Source of the DNA: Squalus acanthias
Taxonomy: Eukaryota
Direction of reading: 5' to 3'
DNA: 64,000 nt
Assembly: GCA_030390025.1 (NCBI GenBank)
Contig: CM059431.1
Location: 123,630,001-123,694,000 of the forward strand
Shown: positions 40,445 to 49,592 of the stretch, piece by piece
How the letters are laid out: each line of letters opens with the position of its first letter
How positions within the stretch are numbered: position 1 is the first letter of the stretch
Notes under the pieces: generated by a model
Told to the model about the DNA's origin: nothing
The model's input: the letters and a program-made list of their open reading frames with translations, nothing else
Databases searched by the model: none
Position numbers and translations under genes: made by a program

Positions 40445-40626
40445 AAGTCCAGTGTCTAGAACCGTAAGGGAGAGTGATTCGAACCACTCACAGGTGTGTC
40501 TAGTGTTCCCAGACTGGCTGGAGACCAGAACAGGCAACAAGGCCTAGACCCGCACTGACATACAGGCTGCACAGAGCCGCGTGAATCTCACAGGCTGCGA
40601 GACACGCAGGGTCAGAATCCCTTACA
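40445..40626 (+). other. Structured U5 RNA element
   Basis: GTAAGGGA (40464-40471) pairs with terminal TCCCTTAC (40618-40625), enclosing stems GAGTG/CACTC, GTCTAG/CTAGAC, TGTTC/GAACA, CTGAC/GTCAG, GCGTG/CACGC. Confidence 0.6.
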
Positions 40627-40630
40627 GAAA

Positions 40631-42442
40631 ATGGCGACCGCGGCAGGACACTGGCAGCGAGAGGGTAGTGTGTTAGATTTTGGAATGACTGTACGAAATG
40701 TTATGCAGGAAAAGATAGCGGATTATGTGTTTGGAAAGGTTAATCTAACTAAGAAATGGATAAGTGAATTGTTAGCGGATAAGAGCCCACTAGAGGCAGC
40801 TGAAAGGTGGACAGATAGTAAAGAACATAGAAAGACACTTGAGAAAGCAGTCTGGCTTTTGTGTTACAAAAGGCAGGTTCAGATTTCAAACCAGACCATT
40901 ACAGCGCTAGTAGCTCGAATCAGTCATTTAGAGGGAGAAATGGATGAGAAGGTTTCTGGAGGGGAGGTGCTCATTAAGAATTTAAATGAGTTACACCAAG
41001 AAAGCCAGGAAGTCTCCAGTCACCTTAAAACAAGGATAGATTATCTCGAGTGCCAGGTCACTGAGGCAAAATTGAATGAGAGCAGGTTAAAGGAAAGATG
41101 TAACCGCCAAGCTGCCCAGATAAGAACTCAAGAAGAGAGCTTAACGGGGGTTAGGGCGGCATATAAGTTGGCCCTTGAGGATAAGTTTCAGGGAGCCGAT
41201 CATAGCGCCTGCCAAAGGGAGATAGAGCACCTCAAAAAGGCCGTGAACAATGCGAACGGCATGGTGTGCCTTATCAATCCGTCGGCACACCAGCCGCTAG
41301 TAAGTGAGAGATTTAAAAAATCCCCACCAAGTAAAGCAGAAGAAGTAGTAGCCACTGCGCCCTCCGCGCCACCCAGCTATTTGGAAACCTGGGTTAGGGA
41401 GGAAGCAATGGAAGAAACAAAAGAGCCCATTGAAAAAGAAGTAGGAAAGGGATCGTTGTATCCAGTAACGGGTATTAAAAGGGGCCCAAGCAGAAACGGT
41501 GGGGAAGAACCGGGGGATCTCCTCGGACAGCTGGTGTTGCCTCACAGTTCACATCAGCTGAGAGCTATGATAAATCACGTACGGAAGCTGACCGAGGCAG
41601 ACGACCCTTCCGTACATTTCCGAGAAGTTGAGCAAGCCGCAGCCATTAACGGCTGCGATGATGGGGAGACAGCAAAAATGCTGCTGTTCTCATTAGACAG
41701 CTCGGTCCTTCAGTGTCTCTCAGGCGAGAGCAAGAGGGGAACCAAGAGTTATGAGGAATTAAAGAATGAGGTCCTGGAAGTGTTGGGGGCGAACGACGAA
41801 GGTCCGTTTGCTAGAGTGGGACAGACAGTGCAGATGGAGGGAGAACCCCCGAAGGTTTTTGCCGACAGGCTGTGGCCAGTATATGAGCGCAGCTGCCTAG
41901 GTGCACCCGAGCGCGAAGATGTGGAAGGCACCGCTTTAACTCATTGGCTTAGGTGCATAATAGCCAACAGTTTACCAGCCGTCAGAGAGCAGGCAAAAGC
42001 ATGGTTTGATCCCAATGACCCCAACATTACGGAAGAGTCGGTCTTGAATCGACTCACGTTAGGTTATCGCAATATAAGGGGTATGGCAACACGTCCCCTT
42101 AAGGGAAGAGTACATGAGGTACGACCCGCAGCCCCGTATCAAAGAGAGTGGCATCAGGAGGGTAATCGCGCCCCACAGGCAAGTAATGCTTGTTACGGGT
42201 GTGGGAAGACAGGGCACTGGCGCAAGCATTGCAGGAACCCTTGGAAGGATTCCAAGGATAAAAATCCCGCGGTCCGAGCCCAGGCGCCTGTCCCGGCTAA
42301 GGAAGCTAGTGCACCCACCCCTCCTGACGACCTAGAAGCAGTGTTAGGAGCCATGCGCAAGCTGGTCTTGAATGCGCGTGGACAGGTGACGGTCGCAACC
42401 GGCCCCGTAGGTGCCGCAGGACCGTCTAATAGTACCCCATGA
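40631..42442 (+). CDS. gag: Gag polyprotein (603 aa): N-terminal coiled coil, PSAPPSY late motif, capsid-like region, one CCHC knuckle
   Basis: Intact ORF; CYGCGKTGHWRKHC (42191-42232); heptad-rich residues ~90-205; Kozak AAAATGG. Confidence 0.93.
   Translation: MATAAGHWQREGSVLDFGMTVRNVMQEKIADYVFGKVNLTKKWISELLADKSPLEAAERWTDSKEHRKTLEKAVWLLCYKRQVQISNQTITALVARISHLEGEMDEKVSGGEVLIKNLNELHQESQEVSSHLKTRIDYLECQVTEAKLNESRLKERCNRQAAQIRTQEESLTGVRAAYKLALEDKFQGADHSACQREIEHLKKAVNNANGMVCLINPSAHQPLVSERFKKSPPSKAEEVVATAPSAPPSYLETWVREEAMEETKEPIEKEVGKGSLYPVTGIKRGPSRNGGEEPGDLLGQLVLPHSSHQLRAMINHVRKLTEADDPSVHFREVEQAAAINGCDDGETAKMLLFSLDSSVLQCLSGESKRGTKSYEELKNEVLEVLGANDEGPFARVGQTVQMEGEPPKVFADRLWPVYERSCLGAPEREDVEGTALTHWLRCIIANSLPAVREQAKAWFDPNDPNITEESVLNRLTLGYRNIRGMATRPLKGRVHEVRPAAPYQREWHQEGNRAPQASNACYGCGKTGHWRKHCRNPWKDSKDKNPAVRAQAPVPAKEASAPTPPDDLEAVLGAMRKLVLNARGQVTVATGPVGAAGPSNSTP
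40632..40649 (+). promoter_or_regulatory. Primer binding site, tRNA-Arg (UCG/CCG type)
   Basis: TGGCGACCGCGGCAGGAC is the exact complement of the vertebrate tRNA-Arg 3' end GTCCTGCCGCGGTCG-CCA as I recall it; 5 nt (GAAAA) downstream of the LTR end. Confidence 0.9.
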
Positions 42443-45400
42443 CTAGAACCGGCGCAGCCCGTCTACCTGTGTCCGCTTAGCTATGATGCGTGGAGGCGAC
42501 CTGTGGTGGAGATGGAGGTAGAGAAACAGAAGGGTAGTTATTTGTTGGACACGGGAGCTTCTTGCACCATAATCCATACAGATAACCCTTTTGACTCGCC
42601 GCTATCTACCAAGGTCCCATTCACGTTAGCAGGGTTCACAGGAAAAGAACAGGCTGGCACGTTTTCCCTTCCGCTATCCATTCGTTTAGGAACACTTCGC
42701 CTTAAGTGGAAGTGTATACTGATGGCATGGCAAAAGGGGGGTGGAAGAGGTATTCTCGGGTCCGATCTCCTAGCGGGACACGGGATCCTCGTGGACCTCA
42801 GAAATCACTGTCTCTGGGGGGCTAAAGGTGAAAAAGGCGAGGTATTAGTGATTCCGGGGGAGGAAGAAACAGGGGTCCTGTGTACCGTACAGCCATCCGG
42901 AGGCTACGACCTCAGGCTCATGGTCGCAGATGTCCCAACGGACATGCAAACGTACGTGTCAGATAATATGCACGCGTTTGCAACCCACAAGCACGATTGT
43001 GGGAGAGTGGTCGGGTTTGAGGTCAGCGTAGATGGGGACCCCATGACCCGACCCCAAAAGCAGTATAACTTCCCCAAAGAAGCAGAACCCGATATGGAGA
43101 CAGCAATGTCCTCCTTGGTGCAGCAGGGCGTGTTGAGGCCGATAGCCACACACGTGAACTCCCCATTATGGCCGGTTAGGAAGCCGGATAATTCGTGGAG
43201 AGCCACGGTGGACTACAGAGTCCTTAACAGTAACATTCCCGCCTGCGCGCCCACAGTAGCAGCAGTTGCCGACCTAATAGGGAGCATCCCAGCGTCCGCG
43301 ACCACGTTCACGGTGCTGGATATCTCGAACGGTTTTTGGTCCATCCCGCTGCGGCGAGAGGACCAGTACAAGTTTGCCTTTACTTTCAAAGGACAACAGT
43401 ACACGTGGAACTGTCTGCCACAGGGTTTCCACAATAGCCCCAGTATTTTTCATCAGTGTATGGCAGGAAGTTTAAAGGAGTTTAGTCAGCCCAATCAGAT
43501 AGTACAGTATGTGGATGATTTGCTCCTATTTACGGACTCAAGGGAGGAGCACGGACCACTACTGGACGAGTTATTGGAGCTGTTAGCGAGAAAGGGTTTT
43601 AAAATAAACCCTAAGAAAGCACGTATCGGTCAACGGGAAGTAAAATTCCTGGGACTGACCATACGCGCTGGGGAAAGAGCCATAGACAAAGCAAGGAGGG
43701 AGTCGGTGCAAGAATTACCGATTCCCAACAACGTAAGGGGTGTGAGGTCCTTCTTGGGACTGACCGGTTACTGCAGGGATTTTATCGAAGATTATGCGGC
43801 CACAGCGGCGCCGCTCCTCCGACTCCTCCATAAGGGGGTGGAGTGGTTTTGGGACGAGGGCTGCCAAGCAGCCTTCGAGAAGTTAAAAGGGGATCTGCAG
43901 ACCGCGCCAGCCTTAGGGGCCATAGATGGGGGGAAGGAGTTTTTCCTGGAGGTAGCTGCCAGCGGAGACAGCTTAAGCGCCGTGCTGCTCCAAGAGCATC
44001 ACGGCAAGCTGAGGCCGGTTGTCTATTCATCCAGGGTGTTAACGGATGTGGAGAGAAGTTTCTCCAATTGCGAAAGGCACCTTTTAGCCACGCATTGGGC
44101 TGTGAAAAGATCAGCGATCTTCACAGGGCTCTCTCCCATCACTCTCCTCACACATCACACACCAACTAAGATGCTTCTGGATGGGAGGATTAAAGACGGG
44201 ACCGTAAGCAGCGCACGCATTGCGCGTTGGACCCTTCTTCTCTCCCAGTTGGATCTTAGAGTAAAAGGTCTTTGCGAGCCCAGGCTTGCGGCCAATTTGG
44301 TATACCCCGGTATAGCCCACCGGTGTTCGGTGGAAGGGGTGTGGGACGTCAACATAGGTTTACGGGCCGGGATACATCCCACTGGGCGCGAGATTTATGT
44401 TGATGGGTCTAGCACAGTATCCGCTGGCGAGCGACTCACAGGGTGTGGAGTTTATGACCCTGCGGCAGACCTTGCCCTGGCGATCAAGCTCCCTAGCACC
44501 ATGAGCGCGCAGCAAGCTGAGCTGTCTGCCGTGGTGTACGTTGTGACCCACCCAGACATTTTCCCAACCCCATACACGATTTGCTCGGACAGTATGTTCA
44601 CCTGCAACTCGTGTACGGAATACCTGGCCATTTGGTCCCGCCGCTGATACACCTCCGCGGACGGGCGACCTTTAACGGTGAAGCCCTTGCTGGAAAAGAT
44701 CTTAGCAGCAGCAGTAGGGGAGGAAGGAGAGATTTTCATCCATAAGGTGAAGGCTCACTCCTCCACAGAGCCCCGTGGGGAAGGCAACCGGCAGGCGGAT
44801 GCGCTTGCCAGGGAAGGTGCCCGCGACGGCACTTTCTGGAACCCCTATAGGACCGGACCCATAGCAGCGGTCCGAGGCGGGGACGGGAATTCCGGGAACC
44901 CCAGGGTAGCATTGCCCCTAGACCTTAAGACCGTCCAAACCCAGGATCCCGCCCTAAAAGCAGTCCTAAAAACGATTGCTGAGGGGAGGCAGGTAGAAGG
45001 TCCGTACAGTACGGCAACCCTTTCAGTTAAGGAAGGCATGCTGTTCCGCGAGGAGCAGTGGGTTGTGCCGCAGCAGCACAGGAGGGAATTCCTCCAGTTG
45101 GCTCACGAGGGACCAGGGGCAGGGCACCCCGGGCCCGAGGTTACCTGGCAACGGGTAGAGCAAGCGGGATGGTGGCCAGGGCTCAGGGAACAAGTCCGCG
45201 AGTTCTGCGCAAACTGTCTTGTGTGCGCTGCAAACAACCCAGACCCCCAGAAAAGGAAGGTGCCCATGGGACACGTAAGAAGGGTAGAGGGACCATGGCA
45301 ATCGATACAGATCGACTATATAGGACCCCTGCCCACCACCCAGGGAGGTTATAAGTACTGCCTCGTCCTGGTGGATGTGTTTTCCAAGTGGGTGGAAGCC

Positions 45401-46966
45401 TTCCCTTGTCGAACAGCTACGGCACTGGGAACAGCAAAAATCTTGGTCCGGGAAGTGTTCTCGCGGTGGGGACTTCCCCGTTTTGTGGAGTCAGACCAAG
45501 GGAGTCATTTCACCGGCCAGGTGATGCAGACCACCCTCATGCTTTTGGGCATTGAAGGGAAGTGGCACGTAGCACACAATCCCCAGTCATCCGGGATTGT
45601 TGAACGTATGAACCGGACCCTGAAGGAGAAATTGAGGAAAGAGACTTGGAACTCGCCCCAAAAATGGGCGGAAGTTCTGCCTTTAGTCCTCATGGGGGTC
45701 CGGGCCAGTCAGTCAAAAAGTACGGGGTACTCCCCGCACGAGGTAATGACCGGGAGGCTCATGCGAACCCCCACCCATGTGCTAGCCCCGGTGCTCACTG
45801 AGGGTCAGCTCCAGGAGATAAGCAGGGACAAGTTCGCCCAGACTCTCTTGGAGCGCCTGAAGCAAGTTTATGAGCAGGCGGCTGGGAACATGGGAAGGCA
45901 GCATCAGGGCAATCGCTTGTTGCTGGAACCCCGCAAAACGCGGGAATGGGAAGTGGGAGACCAGGTCATGGTCAGAAACTACGCCAGAGTAGGGAGTCTG
46001 GAACCACTGTATATGGGACCCTACAACATTGTAGACAAGGCAAGTCCCATGGTTTACGCCGTAAAAGTACCTCGGCGCACTAAGTGGTTCCACATAAACC
46101 AATGCAAACTGTACCAGCCAGGTGCGCAAGGGAAAACTACAGGGGTAAATCCCGCCAACGGGAAAGCACAGCCCCAGGTAGGACCACAAGGCACACAGGC
46201 AGGCATAGCAGCTTGCATCAGGGGAAGGGACATCCCGGACGATCATGCAGCGTTTTTCTGGAATTGGGGGTTAGATGAGGAAGAATTCAGGGTACCCGGG
46301 TCAGATGAGGATAGTGCAGATGAGAATAGTGATGATGACGGGTGGTTCCTGAGGAACGGTCTGGAGGGAATGGGGGCTGTAGGTAGAGATCCACACAGGG
46401 TGGACACACGAGCTGCAGGTCCCGAAGACAGGAGGGAGGAGCTAGAGGAGGCAGGGCCAGCCGCTATGGGAGCACAGAGAGTACCGGTGTGGCTCCCAGA
46501 GATGTGGCCGCCCGCTTTGAACGACCAGTCCTCGGGGGAGGCAGAGATCACGAGTGAAGGGCCGCCTGCTGGGCCAAGCAGGGCGGAGCCACGAACTGCC
46601 AGCCCCGAGGTTAGGGAGGCGGAGTCAGCGGAGGCGGAGCCAGCGACTGTGATGGAACCCCAGGTCATCCCGATGGAAGTCTCGGAACCCGGTCCGTCCG
46701 TCACGGAACCCCCGCCCATAGCAACTCCCCGTAGGTCAAGTAGAGAACCCCAGCCCAGGAGGATGTGGTCATGTCCCCAGACTGCCCCAAGGCGAAAATT
46801 TAAGGTTAAGATAACCCAGTTACAGACCGGCCACATCGCAGCAGTAACAGGCTGCGGCAGATCAGAGGGAAGGGTCAGCGCAGCAACAGGCTGCGGCAGA
46901 TCAGAGGGAAGGGTCAGTGCCCTCCCACCGTCGGGAAGAGCTCGCAGCAGCCTTCTCAGAATTTAA
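42443..46966 (+). CDS. pol: Pol (PR-RT-tether-RNase H-IN), in frame with gag; one premature TGA at 44645-44647
   Basis: LLDTGA (42548), LPQG, YVDD (43508), degenerate RNase H (EVAAS..ERHLLA..LTHH), active-type RNase H (YVDGS..QAEL..SDS..KVKAH..GNRQAD), IN HHCC + QIDY/SDQG/VERMN + GPY. Both ORF halves are in the same frame. Confidence 0.95.
46841..46918 (+). repeat. 39-bp in-frame tandem duplication at the end of pol
   Basis: gcag(t/c)aacaggctgcggcagatcagagggaagggtcag(c/t) x2 = AVTGCGRSEGRVS / AATGCGRSEGRVS. Confidence 0.95.
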
Positions 46967-47252
46967 AGGGGCCGCCCTGAGAACGGGCAGCACTGTATAG
47001 TAAGAAGTTCTAAGTTTTAAGTTTATAGTTCAAGGTTAAGTATATAGTTTTAATAAGGTTAAGTTTGTAGTGTTTTTAACAGAAAACGATAAAATGATGG
47101 GAGTTTTAATGATAGGTTTAGTTAAAGTTTATTCAGCGAACGTTGAAGTTTACGTGAGGCGAGGTCAGGGGACCCGCTCACCCTTCACAAAAGCCAGAGA
47201 CTCTTGCGAGGCTGGCTACCTCATTCTATCTGATCACAGGAACCAAGGAAGG

Positions 47253-49592
47253 ATGGAACGAATTCTAGTATTGCTCGGGGTAATCGGATGTGGATTGGCC
47301 TATCGAGGCCGCACCAAGGATGTCGTGGTGTTTGGATGTTCCGGGGACACGGCCCCCATCGCGGTGGATGGGACCGGAAGACGGGAGGCAGAGGAGACCA
47401 GCACCTATTTCCACAAGGGAAGGTGGCCAGGATGGCTGGGAACGAACTCAACGGAGTATTCTAGCACATCGGGGTTTGCCTACAAAGAGACTTCTTTACT
47501 GTGCCCCAAAGTAAGGATCATCGCATCCAGGATCAGCGTCACCGTCGGCAAACGGATTTGTTTGACTTGTAGTGGGAAGGTCCCATTGAGCCGATGGTGG
47601 TGGCTGCGAAAGCTGAGCAACACTATGAGGAACTCGTCGGTCGAGTGGGAACGACTGGGTAATAATACCCATCGGACAATTACGGGGACAGACGGACAAG
47701 TGAAAGTCTGTTGGGACAAATGGTGGGAACCGGATGAGGGAATTTATGTATGTATGTGGGGGTCAAAGTACGTTTGCCCCAAAGGCATCTCCATATTTTT
47801 CATTAATCAATGGCAGGATAACGGACAGGGGATGAGGTGGGATGCGAGCACCAGGGGGTGCGGAGCCCCATTCTCCCCGATCCCAGTAAATGCCACTGAG
47901 CTCATTACGCGCCCATGCAAAGCCCCGCCCACGATTCCGATGGTTCTAGCTGAGGAAGAAGGGTGCCCTAAAACTAGTAAGGGACCCGGGAATGGTTTGG
48001 TACTGGTCCCCACAGACCAGATACTATTTCAGGGGGTACATTACGCGGTGGCCTCGGTGATTTTAAATCTCACTCAGGTGCGGTTACCAGAGTGGTGCCC
48101 CAAAAAGACGGAACAGTTGTATCAGGTCCTGTTGACCAAGATGTTCAGACAATTTTACGAATTCGATTTCGCGGAAATTGATAAAACAAGTTTGTACACC
48201 GCACCACAAGAAGTTTTGAATCAAGCAGGGAGGCAAAGAAGGGGTTTGGTGAACGATGCGTTCACTGCTTTTAACACAGGTACATCTGTGGTCAACGCTC
48301 TAGACAGTGTGGAGCTGCAGACCCAGATTAATGGTTTAAAGACACAATTAAAAGACATTCTAACAGATGAGAATAAAGTGGTAGGGTCGGGTCTACACGA
48401 GGACCAAGCCATGACTCTCCATTTAAAGGAAATTATAGCAGAGTTGGAGAAACATGCAAAGACGGTAAATGCCCTGATTAGGGAAGATCGGAATGCATCC
48501 GATCAAGCTGCGCAGAACAAGGTGTGCGTGCTTTACGGGGCGTGGTTACTGGGCGAGGGCCGCAGTAATTTGGAGGATTTGGTTCCGTCCTGGATAAGTA
48601 ACAAACACCTGCGGGCGCTCCACCCTTTTCAGAACGCATTAAGTCCGTGCCAACTCAGGCTAGCTTCAGAAGCGTACCCAGTCCCCGTGGACTGCGGACG
48701 ATCAAACCATACCATTATGGGAATAGTATTACGCATGCCGGTTTTGGGCGACACAGCAAAGCCCGCCCCGGTGTATCGGGTAGAGAACATTGGTGTCATT
48801 CAGGGGGGAGCCCACATTCGTTATGCTGCGGTTCCACCTTACGTCATCCGCTGGGAGCAAACGATGACAGGTACAGATCTCTCTGGTTGTCGTGGCAGGG
48901 GAGCACACATAATACTGTGCCCCCAGCACTTGAATGCCTTTTTAACACCACAGTGCGGGTTCAGAACGACTGGCGCCAAGTCCATGAATTGCACCATGGA
49001 GGCAATGGCACAAGATCATGTGCCTCCGCAGGTAGCATACATCGGGGGTGGAACATATTGTGTTACCACTGCAGCGCAACACTACCAGCATGGAAACCGT
49101 AGCCGGTGTCCGGTGAGTGACAGCAGTTTCTGTTTTAAACCCAGGGCGGAAGTTCAAGTAGCACAACAGCGAATTATCCCAATCCCTGAACCATCCACTG
49201 TTCACCTCACAGTAAAAGAGAATTTCACCGACTTGCAGCGATTCGTCGCGCATTTTGGATACCTCATTCCCCCTCTCCCTGAACACCTCACCAAACTTTT
49301 AAAAGCCGTCGCGGTGTCACAGAAACATTTTTACACATTAGAGCAGAAAACTGTTGAAATAGGAACAGACATTTTGGATGTAGTAGTTCCACCGTGGTGG
49401 AATCTGTTCACTAATATTGAAGTGCCTTCATGGATCAGAATAGCCTCCCACATTTTAGTCGTATGCCAAGTTTTCATTGTAGTGTACCTATTGGTCGTAC
49501 ATTGTAAAAGAGACAAACGCCTCACCAAGCATGAAAACACGGGAGAGTGGCGAGAACGTTACGTGCGCGTGCACGATGAAAGCACCGTGTGA
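47253..49592 (+). CDS. env: Envelope glycoprotein (779 aa): signal peptide, Ig-like domain, F-like class I fusion protein, TM, tail
   Basis: MERILVLLGVIGCGLA signal right after a candidate acceptor (cacag| 47239); LTC..WWW..DEGIYVC; furin RQRR (48231-48242); fusion peptide plus heptad repeat; Cys-rich region; TM 49440-49505. Confidence 0.9.
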   Translation: MERILVLLGVIGCGLAYRGRTKDVVVFGCSGDTAPIAVDGTGRREAEETSTYFHKGRWPGWLGTNSTEYSSTSGFAYKETSLLCPKVRIIASRISVTVGKRICLTCSGKVPLSRWWWLRKLSNTMRNSSVEWERLGNNTHRTITGTDGQVKVCWDKWWEPDEGIYVCMWGSKYVCPKGISIFFINQWQDNGQGMRWDASTRGCGAPFSPIPVNATELITRPCKAPPTIPMVLAEEEGCPKTSKGPGNGLVLVPTDQILFQGVHYAVASVILNLTQVRLPEWCPKKTEQLYQVLLTKMFRQFYEFDFAEIDKTSLYTAPQEVLNQAGRQRRGLVNDAFTAFNTGTSVVNALDSVELQTQINGLKTQLKDILTDENKVVGSGLHEDQAMTLHLKEIIAELEKHAKTVNALIREDRNASDQAAQNKVCVLYGAWLLGEGRSNLEDLVPSWISNKHLRALHPFQNALSPCQLRLASEAYPVPVDCGRSNHTIMGIVLRMPVLGDTAKPAPVYRVENIGVIQGGAHIRYAAVPPYVIRWEQTMTGTDLSGCRGRGAHIILCPQHLNAFLTPQCGFRTTGAKSMNCTMEAMAQDHVPPQVAYIGGGTYCVTTAAQHYQHGNRSRCPVSDSSFCFKPRAEVQVAQQRIIPIPEPSTVHLTVKENFTDLQRFVAHFGYLIPPLPEHLTKLLKAVAVSQKHFYTLEQKTVEIGTDILDVVVPPWWNLFTNIEVPSWIRIASHILVVCQVFIVVYLLVVHCKRDKRLTKHENTGEWRERYVRVHDESTV

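Larger units (their letters stand above)
39004..40626 (+). repeat. 5' LTR (1623 bp)
   Basis: Direct repeat of 50033-51655 with ~6 substitutions and no indels by manual comparison. Confidence 0.97.

Noticed and set aside
46243..46836. 197-aa antisense ORF in the integrase tail, and antisense LTR ORFs (39163-39363, 39573-39797)
   Set aside because: Low-complexity shadow frames with no recognisable motifs.
44678..46966. Separate 762-aa integrase gene
   Set aside because: Same frame as upstream pol and begins mid-RNase H; it is an artefact of one nonsense codon.
47070..47252. N-terminal 61 aa of the 840-aa env ORF call
   Set aside because: Starts at GTG in an AT-rich spacer; the signal peptide and candidate splice acceptor point to ATG 47253. 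A foamy-like long leader peptide cannot be fully excluded.
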